From Nannocystales bacterium (lineage in GTDB: Bacteria > Myxococcota_A > Polyangia > Nannocystales > Nannocystaceae), in assembly GCA_050633305.1 (NCBI GenBank), contig JBOEGF010000018.1:800001-864000 (forward strand): DNA of 64,000 nt. The letters run 5' to 3'. The notes beneath the pieces are model-generated. The model searched no databases and was not told the DNA's origin. It saw only the letters and a list, made by a program, of their open reading frames with translations. Position 1 is the first letter of the stretch. Each line of letters opens with the position of its first letter. A program made the position numbers and the translations under genes. Below are positions 28,986 through 38,180 of this stretch, one piece after another.

Positions 28986-29819
28986 ATGCGCGAGCCATAC
29001 CTGCTCGATCCGGGCTACTGGGTCGCTCCGTTGCGTACGCCAACCTTGCCGCCCGCGAGTGCGACGAACACCGCGGTCGTTGGTGTTCGCAAGTTGGCGG
29101 TCATCGAACCCGCGACCCCGCACCCGGATGAGCAGGACCGACTGGTGGCGATGCTGGACGAGCGAATCGCGGACGGCGCTCAGGTCGAGGCCATCCTCGT
29201 CACACATCATCACAGCGACCACATTGGGTTTGCCCAAGCGCTGGCGGACCGCGTGGGAGCCCCAATCCTGGCCCATCCGGAGACCGCGGCTCGGGTTTCG
29301 ATGACGGTCGACCGTCACATCAGCGACGAAACGCTGATCGAACTCGATGCGGGCCACGCGGTGCGTCCCGTCTTCACCCCCGGACATGCGCCCGGACACC
29401 TGGTCTACCTCGATACGGCTACGGGCATCGCCCACGCCGGGGACATGGTCGCGGGGGAGGGCTCCATCCTGATCGACCCCGATGACGGTGGCGACATGTT
29501 GGCGTATCTCGCCTCGCTCGAGACCTTGGCAGCGCTCGGCGCGAGCCGGCTCGTCCCGGCCCATGGCAACACCTTCGAGGAGCCCGAAACGGTCTGCCGT
29601 CATTTCGTCGAGCATCGGCTCGGGCGAGAACGCAAAGTTTTGGCCGCGATGGGGACGGAATCGAAAACACTGCCAGAAATCCTGGCATCGGCCTATGCGG
29701 ATACCCCAAAGATGCTTTGGCCGCTCGCCGAGAAGTCGCTTCGTGCCCACCTCTCCAAGCTCGTGACCGACGGCCAGGTGCTTCAAGACGAGACGGGTGC
29801 GCGGCGAGTCGTGACCTGA
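28986..29819 (+). CDS. MBL-fold metallo-hydrolase (LACTB2-like, C-terminal winged helix)
   Basis: THHHSDH, TPGHAPGH, GDMV and PAHG motifs. Confidence 0.88.
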   Translation: MREPYLLDPGYWVAPLRTPTLPPASATNTAVVGVRKLAVIEPATPHPDEQDRLVAMLDERIADGAQVEAILVTHHHSDHIGFAQALADRVGAPILAHPETAARVSMTVDRHISDETLIELDAGHAVRPVFTPGHAPGHLVYLDTATGIAHAGDMVAGEGSILIDPDDGGDMLAYLASLETLAALGASRLVPAHGNTFEEPETVCRHFVEHRLGRERKVLAAMGTESKTLPEILASAYADTPKMLWPLAEKSLRAHLSKLVTDGQVLQDETGARRVVT

Positions 29820-29919
29820 CGGTCCACCACGGCCCGGAGATGGACAGCGCGCGTCCGGGTGCGCTCTAGACTCGAAGAGCTGACCGGGCTCGGCACGGGG
29901 GTTGAAGAACCCCTGAGGC

Positions 29920-30945
29920 ATGACTCGCTGGCAGTCCTGGTTCCTCCCCGCCCTTGTCGCGCTCGCGGGGTGCGATGTGAACCCTCGAACGGAAGAGCTT
30001 GGTGCTGCCGACGTCCCCGACGACCCCGCTTCGGGGGAGCCGTCGACGGCCGGGTCCGACGGACCGGTGGACGATGACCAAGGGTCGACCGGTGCCGGAG
30101 CCGAGAGCTCGGGAGGGGATGGCTTCGGGAGCTCCGGGGCTATCTTTGATGTTCCCGAACTTCCGGACCCCGTGACACCGGGAGTCTGCGATGCGGTCGA
30201 CCTTCTGTTTGTGATCGACAACTCCGGGTCGATGGCGGACGAGCAAGCGAACCTGATCGCAAGCGTCCCTGGGTTCATCGACGGCATCTCCGACCGGTTG
30301 GGCGTCCACACCGACTATCACGTGGGTGTGGTCAGTACCGACGAAGCAACCTTCAACGCGGACGGATGCCAGGAAATCGGGGCCCTCGTGACGCAGACCC
30401 GGGGCAACCTCTCCAGCGATAGTGACTGCGGACCCTACGTCGATGGTGCGTCGTTCATGACGCCCCACGACGACCTCGACAGCTCCTTTGCATGTGCGGC
30501 GCAACTGGGCATCGATGGCAACGGAATCGAACGGCCGATGGATGCCCTCGACCGAGCGCTGCATCCCGCACAAGGTGTGACCGCCTGCAATGATGGATTC
30601 CTTCGCGATGAGGCGTTGCTGGTCGTCGTCTTGATCACCGACGAGGAGGACGACACGGAATCCGAGGGGGACCCGGTCGCCTGGTACGAGTCTGTCGTTG
30701 CCGCGAAGGATGGCGACGAAGAGCGCGTTGTGGTGCTCTCGCTGGTCGGCCACCCCAAGCCCAACGATTGCATCCCAACGCAATGGACCGGCATGCAGGG
30801 GGCCGAGATCGCGACTCGGATCCTGCAGTTCACGAGCATCTTCCCCTACGGGTACGTCGGGGACATCTGCAGCGCCGACTACGAACCGTTCTTCACCGAC
30901 GCGACCGAGCACATCGACACGGTGTGCTCGATCCCGGCGGGGTAG
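29920..30945 (+). CDS. vWA-like lipoprotein
   Basis: Lipobox LAGC; MIDAS-like VDLLFVIDNSGSM; LITDEED. Confidence 0.8.
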   Translation: MTRWQSWFLPALVALAGCDVNPRTEELGAADVPDDPASGEPSTAGSDGPVDDDQGSTGAGAESSGGDGFGSSGAIFDVPELPDPVTPGVCDAVDLLFVIDNSGSMADEQANLIASVPGFIDGISDRLGVHTDYHVGVVSTDEATFNADGCQEIGALVTQTRGNLSSDSDCGPYVDGASFMTPHDDLDSSFACAAQLGIDGNGIERPMDALDRALHPAQGVTACNDGFLRDEALLVVVLITDEEDDTESEGDPVAWYESVVAAKDGDEERVVVLSLVGHPKPNDCIPTQWTGMQGAEIATRILQFTSIFPYGYVGDICSADYEPFFTDATEHIDTVCSIPAG

Positions 30946-32457
30946 TCAGGGAAGGGTGGAGACCGAGACGGTCTGGAAACCCAGCGGACCGACCGTCCAC
31001 GCGGCGGCAAGCGTTCCGTCCGGGCCGATTGCGACGACGGGTCCGATGGCGTCCCCTTCCTCGGGAACACTGAGCTCGACGGCGGCGCTCCAGTGGACCG
31101 CGTTCGGTCCCCGTCTGCGCCCCATGACCCGCCAACGCCCGTCCTCTCCCCGCTCACTCCAGACCAACGCGACTTCGCCGTCCGGTCCGACCGCGAGACG
31201 CGGGTCTTGGGCGGTGCGTCCGGCCGTCGACAACGCTTGTGTTCGCGGGACGTCCCATTGGCCCGCATTGTCGTGGTGTGCCGCGTAGACTTGGGTTGCA
31301 CCGGGAGGTCCGTCGAACCATGTGACGTGGGCCTCTCGGGTTGGGGAGATGGCGACGTCGATGCAGGTTGCGAACTCTCGCAGCGGACCGAACGTATCGT
31401 CGATGTCGTGGGGCGTCGTCCACCTGCGTTTCCCCGTCCGACTGGCGGCGTAAAGACCCACCGCGCCCGAGGGATGCTGCTGCGACCAGAACACGAGCGC
31501 CTGGCCGAACTCTCCGATGGCCACGACGGGGTTGCGGATCTCGTGGCTGGCCAGTGGAGGTCCCAAGGGCGAAAGCCAGTCGTCGATTGCAGGCTTGGAG
31601 AAGTGACCCGCGGCGCCGGTCCGCTCGCTGACGAACAGCCGGAGACCGTCGCTGACGGGGTCGTTGCTCGTCGAACCGGGTGGTGGCGTGGCCTGGTACC
31701 ACGTCACGAGCGCATCGCCGTTAGTCGCGGCCGCAAGCTGAGGTGCGTTCGAAAAGAACACCTGCGGTGAGATGACATCGTCGGGGGCGTGCGGGAGGTT
31801 GAGCGGTCCGCCGGGTCCTCGGCGAGCGACGGCGACCCCGTAGCCGCCCTTGCTGAGCCATTGGTTCCATACCAGGAAGCCCTCTCCTGTCGGTACGAGG
31901 ACGGGACGAGGCTCGTACGCCTTGGGGAGCGCGGACACCTGTTCCCCGATGTCGGAGCTCAGCCACTGGCCGGTGTCGTCTCGTCGCAGCAAATGGACCG
32001 TGCTCTCGTCCGCCCCCGATTCGTCCGTACGGTGTTGCGTCCAGCTCACCCACGCCTCGAGCCCCAGCGTCGCGAGGGTCGCCCGTGAACCGAAACCACG
32101 TGCCGGGGAACCGAGGGAGTGCACGGCCCATCCGTCGGCGGTTTGCTCGGCGAGTCTCGACAACGATTGCGCTGGGTCGGGATGTCGACGCCTCCAGCTG
32201 ACCAATGCGCGACCCAGTCCGTCGACCGAGACCTCGAGGTCGTCGGCACCCGGCTCGGCGAGTCTGTGGCGTTGCTCCGGCGGCCACGCTCGGGCGACGC
32301 AGGTTTCGTCTGGCCCTGGCTCGAGAAAACCGACGCAGCCTCGAACCGCCTGCGACTCGGCACAGTCGTCGTCCTCGCAGGTCTCCGGGGAGGAGCAGCC
32401 GGCGATGCTGAGGAGCAGGGGAACCCACACGCTGTTCGAGAGTTGCGTCCAGCACAT
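30946..32457 (-). CDS. Lipoprotein with repeated beta-propeller-like blades
   Basis: Lipobox IAGC; repeats such as PQLAAATNGDALVTW, PVVAIGEFGQALVFW, PRLAVGPDGEVALVW. ATG 4 nt after the upstream stop. Confidence 0.65.
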   Translation of the reverse strand: MCWTQLSNSVWVPLLLSIAGCSSPETCEDDDCAESQAVRGCVGFLEPGPDETCVARAWPPEQRHRLAEPGADDLEVSVDGLGRALVSWRRRHPDPAQSLSRLAEQTADGWAVHSLGSPARGFGSRATLATLGLEAWVSWTQHRTDESGADESTVHLLRRDDTGQWLSSDIGEQVSALPKAYEPRPVLVPTGEGFLVWNQWLSKGGYGVAVARRGPGGPLNLPHAPDDVISPQVFFSNAPQLAAATNGDALVTWYQATPPPGSTSNDPVSDGLRLFVSERTGAAGHFSKPAIDDWLSPLGPPLASHEIRNPVVAIGEFGQALVFWSQQHPSGAVGLYAASRTGKRRWTTPHDIDDTFGPLREFATCIDVAISPTREAHVTWFDGPPGATQVYAAHHDNAGQWDVPRTQALSTAGRTAQDPRLAVGPDGEVALVWSERGEDGRWRVMGRRRGPNAVHWSAAVELSVPEEGDAIGPVVAIGPDGTLAAAWTVGPLGFQTVSVSTLP

Positions 32458-32461
32458 GGGA

Positions 32462-33940
32462 CTACGGGGAAACGAGTCGTTCGCCGCGGGTGAGGGAGGT
32501 GAGGAACACACGCAGGGGTGCTCGGTCCTCCTCGGAGAGGCTCGCGAAGGCGTCTCGGGACGCCTGGGCTTCTCCGCCGTGCAGAAGGATGGCGTCCTCC
32601 AGGGTCGGGGCGCGCCCGTCATGCAGGTACGGGCGGCTGCGAGCGACCCCCCACAAGGGCGTGGTGAGGAACACGTCGGCCGGGATGCCTGCGTCCTCGC
32701 GCACCTCGGCGAGGGCCTCACCCATCGCATGCCGTTTCAGGTCGCTGTACAGAGGAACGCGGAGTTCTCCCGTGAGGGCGTCGGGCTGAAGGCGGGGCTC
32801 GGCTCCAGCCGAGAGCAGATCGACCGAGAGGTCGGGACCGTCGGTGCGACTGGGTAGGCTGTACGTGGAGTCCTCGATTTCGATCGACGGTACATGGCAG
32901 CCTGCGCAGCCCAGGGACCCGAAGTCTTGTCTGCCTCGGGCGTAGAGCAGCAAGAGGTCGGACTCGTTGGGGGGCAGATCCACGGGCACGTCCTGCATGG
33001 CGGAGAACATTGTCATCAGGGCGACCTGTGCGTCGCTGAGTTCGTCCACGACGCCGTCTTCGTCGGGGTCGTGGCTTGGCCCATCGCCGACGCGGTCGGG
33101 GTGCGCGTTCGCGGCGAACCATGTGGACTGCATGCCGTGGTGAACATTGGAGGCATCCTCGACGACGTCTCGCAGGTCGACGAAGGCGCCTTTCCAGCCG
33201 AAGGGGCGGACAACCAGATCGGGGTCGATCCCTTCGAGCTCAGCGTCGTCGACCGTTCCGTCTTCCGCGATGCTGAGGAAGCCGAAACTGACACCTCGGA
33301 CCTCGAGGTGAAGCCGGACGTGTTCTCCGCGCGCACGGGCGAACGCCACCGCATCGTCCCGACGAAGCTGCAGTTCCGCGGTGATCTCCTCCGCGAGCCG
33401 TTGCTTCCATCCAGCGCCAAACAGGGGCGGAGGGTTGCGGACCAATGCGGTGGACTCCGTTTCTCCGTCGCCGCGGAAGAACGCGTTGTCGGCGGCATCC
33501 CCGGCGCCTGCGAGGCCTCCGCGCCAGTGACATGCGGAGCAACGACGGGCGTCGGGGCCACCGCGCTCTCCGACGTGGAACCGGCTCATCGAGGGAAGGT
33601 CGGAGCCGCCAAACCCCTGCGCCTCGGTGAAGTTCATCGTGAAGAGCTGCCCGCCCATCGAAAACCAGTCTTCAGCGGAGAAGCGGTTGTCGAGTTCTTC
33701 GTAGGTGGGGCGAACGCTCCGAAACGCGAAGCCTGGGTCTGCGGCGTCGAGGAACCGCAGCTCGCGGCGCCAGGCGTCTTGTCGCAAGGCTTGCAGCCCC
33801 TGCGCGGACGAACCGTCCGGGTGGGACGGGGAGAACACGGGAAAGCAACGGGCCTCGCTGCTCGGCGGGGATTCGTCCGAGGAGTCGCCGGCGTTACACC
33901 CGAGCAAGAGCGCCGCAAGAAACAACAAGCGGTGCTTCAT
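32462..33940 (-). CDS. Di-haem oxidoreductase (DHOR/DUF1111-type) lipoprotein, paralog 2
   Basis: Lipobox LLGC; CSACH and CAGCH; RNPPPLFGAG, PFGWKG, YSDLKRHAMG, TPLWGV, PYLHDGRA. Confidence 0.85.
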   Translation of the reverse strand: MKHRLLFLAALLLGCNAGDSSDESPPSSEARCFPVFSPSHPDGSSAQGLQALRQDAWRRELRFLDAADPGFAFRSVRPTYEELDNRFSAEDWFSMGGQLFTMNFTEAQGFGGSDLPSMSRFHVGERGGPDARRCSACHWRGGLAGAGDAADNAFFRGDGETESTALVRNPPPLFGAGWKQRLAEEITAELQLRRDDAVAFARARGEHVRLHLEVRGVSFGFLSIAEDGTVDDAELEGIDPDLVVRPFGWKGAFVDLRDVVEDASNVHHGMQSTWFAANAHPDRVGDGPSHDPDEDGVVDELSDAQVALMTMFSAMQDVPVDLPPNESDLLLLYARGRQDFGSLGCAGCHVPSIEIEDSTYSLPSRTDGPDLSVDLLSAGAEPRLQPDALTGELRVPLYSDLKRHAMGEALAEVREDAGIPADVFLTTPLWGVARSRPYLHDGRAPTLEDAILLHGGEAQASRDAFASLSEEDRAPLRVFLTSLTRGERLVSP

Positions 33941-35436
33941 AGTGGTGCCCTCAGTTTGGGTGTTCGGCTCAGGGAGAGCAGAAACACGTGCAGGTCGGCT
34001 TGGTCCGAGGGGGACAGCGCCGCGAAACGGCCGGCGCTGTCCTGGGCGTCCCCGCCATGGGCGACGATCGCAGCGGGAATCGTCGCCGCTCGGCCGTCGT
34101 GAAGATAGGGAGGGCTCTCTGCGAGGCCCCACAGTGGCCGCGTCAGCCAGGTCTCCGCGTCGATGTTGGGGTGATCCGTATCGGTGTGGGGGTCCGCGAG
34201 TTCCGGGCCCATGTCGTGGCGCTTGAGGTCGCTGAAGAGGTTCACCTTCGGCGTCCCTTTGGGCTCTTCGCCGTCGTGGAACAGGGCGATGACGAACGGA
34301 TCGGCACCCGTGGTGTCGGGCTCCTCGTTCCACAGGGTGCTCACGAGACCCAAGGACCGGGTGTGGCAGTCCGCGCATCCGATGTCGTCGAAGAGCGCGT
34401 CGCCGTGTGCCCAGCGGTCGCGCAGTGCGGCGCTGGATGGCGGAACGATGGTGGGGACCTCCAGCGTCGCGAGGTAGACCGCGGTCGCGGTGAGGGAGCC
34501 TTCCTCCAGCTCCCACTGCACCCCGTCGGTGTCGGGGTCCCACCAGTCGGGGCCGTCGCCGAGCAGCTCGGGCATGGGTCCGTCGCGATGGAGGGTGGTC
34601 TGCGGCCCACTTTGAATTCCGAAGTGAACCCGTGCCGCGTCCTCGATGGCCCGGCGCAGGTCGGGAAACTGGCCTTTCCATCCGAAGGGCTTGACGACGA
34701 GGTCGGCGTCGATGCCGTCGAGCTCGGATGCGTCCACCGAGCCGTTCGCTCGGGCCGTCAACACACCGAAGTCGATGCCCTTGGACTCCAAACGGACCGC
34801 GACCGCTGTCCCGGTCGATGCCGCCTGCTCCAGCGCGGCGTCTCGGGCCCGCTGAAGCTCGAGGCTCATCTCGCGGGCGAGAGCCTGAACCATGCCCAAA
34901 CCGAGCACCGGTGGGCTGTTGCGGATCACGGTGGAGCTCTGGTGCGACCCGTCCCCGAACAAGTACGCGTTCTGGGTCGCCGCTCCCGCTCCGTTGGGAC
35001 CCCCGACCGAGTGACAGCCGGCACAGGAGAAGGTGTCGAGGGCTCCACGGGAGCGATCGTGGATCCGTCGTCCAGGGAGGACTGCCTGCACGTCTCCGTA
35101 GCCGTCTGCTGCGCGGAACTCGTGACCGAACACCGCGTCGCCCAAGGCGAACAGCTCGTCCACGTCGTAACGGCCCGCGTCGATGTCCTCCTGAAACGCA
35201 GTGCTGTGACCCGAGTCTTCGCCTTTCTCCTTGGCCTCTCGGAATTCCTCGAAGCGTTCGAGCGCGAGCAGACCCAGTGCGTCGTCGACGAGGGCCGCGA
35301 GTTGGGAGTCGGCCGGAGATGCACCGGCAGGCCAGGGCGTGGGCAGGCCGTCTTCTGCCGCAGTCGCGAGCAGAGGCAACGCCGCAAGTGCGGCGCCACC
35401 GAGCAACACCCTCAGCCTTCGCAGACGTTGCAGCAC
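33937..35436 (-). CDS. Di-haem oxidoreductase (DHOR/DUF1111-type) exported protein, paralog 1
   Basis: Signal peptide; CAGCH and CADCH; RNSPPVLGLG, PFGWKG, FSDLKRHDMG, PLWGL, PYLHDGRA. Confidence 0.85.
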   Translation of the reverse strand: MLQRLRRLRVLLGGAALAALPLLATAAEDGLPTPWPAGASPADSQLAALVDDALGLLALERFEEFREAKEKGEDSGHSTAFQEDIDAGRYDVDELFALGDAVFGHEFRAADGYGDVQAVLPGRRIHDRSRGALDTFSCAGCHSVGGPNGAGAATQNAYLFGDGSHQSSTVIRNSPPVLGLGMVQALAREMSLELQRARDAALEQAASTGTAVAVRLESKGIDFGVLTARANGSVDASELDGIDADLVVKPFGWKGQFPDLRRAIEDAARVHFGIQSGPQTTLHRDGPMPELLGDGPDWWDPDTDGVQWELEEGSLTATAVYLATLEVPTIVPPSSAALRDRWAHGDALFDDIGCADCHTRSLGLVSTLWNEEPDTTGADPFVIALFHDGEEPKGTPKVNLFSDLKRHDMGPELADPHTDTDHPNIDAETWLTRPLWGLAESPPYLHDGRAATIPAAIVAHGGDAQDSAGRFAALSPSDQADLHVFLLSLSRTPKLRAPL

Positions 35437-36335
35437 GGGATCGACCGGGTCAGGCCGCCGCAGTCCAGGCCCGAGGCATCGCCGCCGCCGTTGGGCAACG
35501 GGTCGGCGTCGAGGGTGAACGTGAGTGCGCCTGCGGCCACGGTGGCGTACTCGCCATCGTTGACGTCGTTGGTGCCGTAGCGCCAGTCGTCGCAGCGCGA
35601 ACGGGTATCGGGTTGGATGAGCACTGCGTTGTACATGGTGGCAACAACGCGATGGACCCAGTAGGTCGTTCCGGGAGGAACGGCTGCGAAGTCACCTTGA
35701 GCAGAAGCCTCCTCCATCTGGGTGTACGTGCAGACGCCCTCATAGCCGGCGGCCATACAGGCCTGCGTACCGGACGTGAAGCCCGCTCCGAACCCGGGGT
35801 GCTCCCAGATCGGGGGGGAGGCTGGCACCATGCCGACGTAGATCGGCACGCCCGCGCAGACGTCAACCCCGCCTGTGGTCCCGTCGGAGTCGGTGTCGCC
35901 GTCGGTATCGGAGTCCGTGTCGGAGGCGCTCGTCGACTGGCAGTCCTGTGGGCACGGCTCGACCTTGGCGTCCGGGCCGATGTCGCACTCGCCGGGATCT
36001 TCGAACCCGTTGCCGCACAAGTCCGGACCACCGCCACTGGAACCCTGGCTGGCGCTATCGGTCGCGGCGGTATCGCCCGTCGATCCCTCTGCCCCGCCCG
36101 TCGCGGACGTATCACCGCACTGGCACAGGCCGTAGGTCCCGTCTGGAAGGCACGTTTGGGTGCCACTCGGCGAGGTCGCTTGGTCACCCGCGCACGGGCA
36201 GAAGTCCACCTGGCCGGGCACGCAGGACCCGCCATCGGAGCCGGTGTCGCTGTTGCAACCCGCGCTGATCCCCAGCGCTAGCCCTGCGATTGCCAGAGTG
36301 CTCTTGAAGCCGTTTTGAAGTGTCGGAAAACCCAT
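35412..36335 (-). CDS. Cys-rich lipoprotein with possible C-type-lectin-like C-terminal domain
   Basis: Lipobox SAGC; CVPGQVDFCPC...TQTCLPDG; CGNG...C; C-terminal C...W...CDDW...C...IPCC pattern; GGGGGAA before the ATG. Confidence 0.7.
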   Translation of the reverse strand: MGFPTLQNGFKSTLAIAGLALGISAGCNSDTGSDGGSCVPGQVDFCPCAGDQATSPSGTQTCLPDGTYGLCQCGDTSATGGAEGSTGDTAATDSASQGSSGGGPDLCGNGFEDPGECDIGPDAKVEPCPQDCQSTSASDTDSDTDGDTDSDGTTGGVDVCAGVPIYVGMVPASPPIWEHPGFGAGFTSGTQACMAAGYEGVCTYTQMEEASAQGDFAAVPPGTTYWVHRVVATMYNAVLIQPDTRSRCDDWRYGTNDVNDGEYATVAAGALTFTLDADPLPNGGGDASGLDCGGLTRSIPCCNVCEG

Positions 36336-36514
36336 GTCATTCCCCCGCGCGACGCGTCGCGTAGAGCCCCATCGTTCCAGGGCTCGAGCTGTGAAGCAAC
36401 CGTGATCGCGCTTGCGGTTCCGTCTCTACGACACCGACGGACATGTGGATTTCCGGCCGGCCTTGCGAAAAAGGTCGAGCGAAGAAAGCGCCGGGCGGTC
36501 GTTTGACCCGTTCC

Positions 36515-37306
36515 TCAGTCGAGCGTTGGAAGGTCGTCGGGGCGCTCTTCGAGCCAGGCGGCACCGTCGGGCGCTTCGGCCTCAATCCACGCTTGGAGGA
36601 TCGCGTACTCATCCTCGTGCAGCGAGCCGTACTCGCCCTCTCCGCAGAAGTACACGGGAGGCATGTTCTGCTCGTCGAGGGCGCGAATCCCAACTTCAAC
36701 GTACATCTGCGCGCCTTCGAAATTCGAGTGCATCTGCTCTTGCGTGAAAAAGCGCGCGTTTCCGTAGTACAGGGGCGCGTCCGGCACGAAGGCGTCGAGG
36801 TCCGCGACGTGGCAGCTGCAGACGCGCTCGATCAGCGTGCCGATCTCGGTGGGGATCAGCGTCGCCTCGTCGCCGGCCTCGACCCAGGACTCGGCACCCG
36901 GCGCCAACTCGTGGAGCGCGCACTCATCGATCGGCTCACCGGTGGTGTCGTCGTTGGTGTCGCTCGTGGGGGAGCCTCCGATGCACGAGGCGTTGTACCC
37001 GGCAACGCAATCCGCATCGCACATCTCCACGATGGAGACCGTCTGCGTCCAGCATGTCCCGCCGGGACCGTACTGGGAGGAGAGCTGCTCCTGCGTCTGT
37101 CCGTCGAGGCACTCGAGCCAGCTCTGGCACGCGAGGGTCTGATCGAAGCTGTTCCCGGTCGTTGTGGAGGGTCCGCCGCCGGTGGTGATGCTGGCAGTCG
37201 TCGCCGGGGACCCCGTGTCCGTGTCCGTATCGGTGTCGTCTGCGGCCGAGCTCGGATCACAGCCGAGCACGAACAACGTCACCGTGGCCCAGCCGATCTT
37301 CCGCAT
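36515..37306 (-). CDS. Lipoprotein with C-terminal cytochrome-c-like domain carrying a contracted CxCH motif
   Basis: Lipobox VLGC; IERVCSCHV ... NMPP ... EYAILQAWIEAEAP. Confidence 0.6.
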   Translation of the reverse strand: MRKIGWATVTLFVLGCDPSSAADDTDTDTDTGSPATTASITTGGGPSTTTGNSFDQTLACQSWLECLDGQTQEQLSSQYGPGGTCWTQTVSIVEMCDADCVAGYNASCIGGSPTSDTNDDTTGEPIDECALHELAPGAESWVEAGDEATLIPTEIGTLIERVCSCHVADLDAFVPDAPLYYGNARFFTQEQMHSNFEGAQMYVEVGIRALDEQNMPPVYFCGEGEYGSLHEDEYAILQAWIEAEAPDGAAWLEERPDDLPTLD

Positions 37307-37322
37307 CCTGCTCGAGGGTACT

Positions 37323-38180
37323 TCAGTTGGACTCGGCGTTGTGCTTGGAAATCTGCGGTGACGCGAAGGCAAGGCGCTCCGTCATGACGGCGATCGCTTC
37401 GGGGTTTTCATCCACGAGCAAGAAGCGCCGGTCATTGCGCGCGGCGGCTTCTCCGGTGGTCCCACTGCCCGCGAAGAAATCGAGCACGAGGTCGCCGGGG
37501 CTGCTGTGGACGCGGACGATGCGTTCGAGGATCTTCAACGGCTTCTGCGTGGGATACCCGGTCCGCTCCTTGCCGGCCGTGGGTACGATCGTTTGCCACC
37601 AGACATCGGTGGGGGTCTTCCCGCGGGCGGCCTTCTCGGCGGAGACGAGCCCGGGTGCCATGTACGGGATCCGATCGATGGCGTCGTAGTGGAAGGTGTA
37701 GCGTTTGGGATCTTTGGCGTACCAGAGGATCGTGTCGTGTTTGGACGGCCAGCGGCGCTTGCTTCGACCGCCGTAGTCGTACGACCAGATGATCTCGTTG
37801 AGGAATGAGTCCCGACCGAAGACGATATCGGCCATCACCTTTGCGTAGTGAGCCTCGTGGGGGTCGAGGTGCAGGAAGAAGGAGCCCTCGGGGGTGAGCA
37901 ACCGGTGGGCCTGCTCCAGACGTGGCATGAGGAAAGCGCCGAAGTCTTCGAATGTGTCGGCGTAGCCCGCGGAACCCAGAGAGGTCGTCTTGTAGCTCTG
38001 TCCGCCGAATCCTACGCGGTCGCCTTTTCCCGGGGCCGCGCGCTCCACCTTCACTCGGGTGTGTTTGCGAGCTCGCCCCGTGTTGAAGGGCGGGTCGATA
38101 TAGACGAGCGCCGCGGAGTCATCGGGAAGCGAGGGCAGCACATCGAGGTTGTTGCCCTCGATGATCCGGTTGCGGGCCAT
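37323..38180 (-). CDS. Site-specific DNA amino-methyltransferase (N6A/N4C, beta class), orphan
   Basis: YIDPPFNTG precedes YPTQKP and LDFFAGSGTT. No restriction endonuclease recognised nearby. Confidence 0.9.
   Translation of the reverse strand: MARNRIIEGNNLDVLPSLPDDSAALVYIDPPFNTGRARKHTRVKVERAAPGKGDRVGFGGQSYKTTSLGSAGYADTFEDFGAFLMPRLEQAHRLLTPEGSFFLHLDPHEAHYAKVMADIVFGRDSFLNEIIWSYDYGGRSKRRWPSKHDTILWYAKDPKRYTFHYDAIDRIPYMAPGLVSAEKAARGKTPTDVWWQTIVPTAGKERTGYPTQKPLKILERIVRVHSSPGDLVLDFFAGSGTTGEAAARNDRRFLLVDENPEAIAVMTERLAFASPQISKHNAESN

Noticed and set aside
33941..34681. 739-aa version of DHOR paralog 2, or a frameshifted DHOR1-DHOR2 fusion
   Set aside because: The extension is an alternate frame of DHOR1; DHOR2 has its own ATG and lipobox at 33940 with an ATGA overlap.
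36336..36514. Palindrome cgcgacgcgtcgcg and GGAAC/GGAAAT ECF-like words upstream of the DHOR operon
   Set aside because: Single occurrences in GC-rich DNA with no repeated bipartite motif to support them.
37323..38180. Restriction-modification or other defence island around the MTase
   Set aside because: No nuclease, specificity subunit or other defence gene recognised in the flanks.
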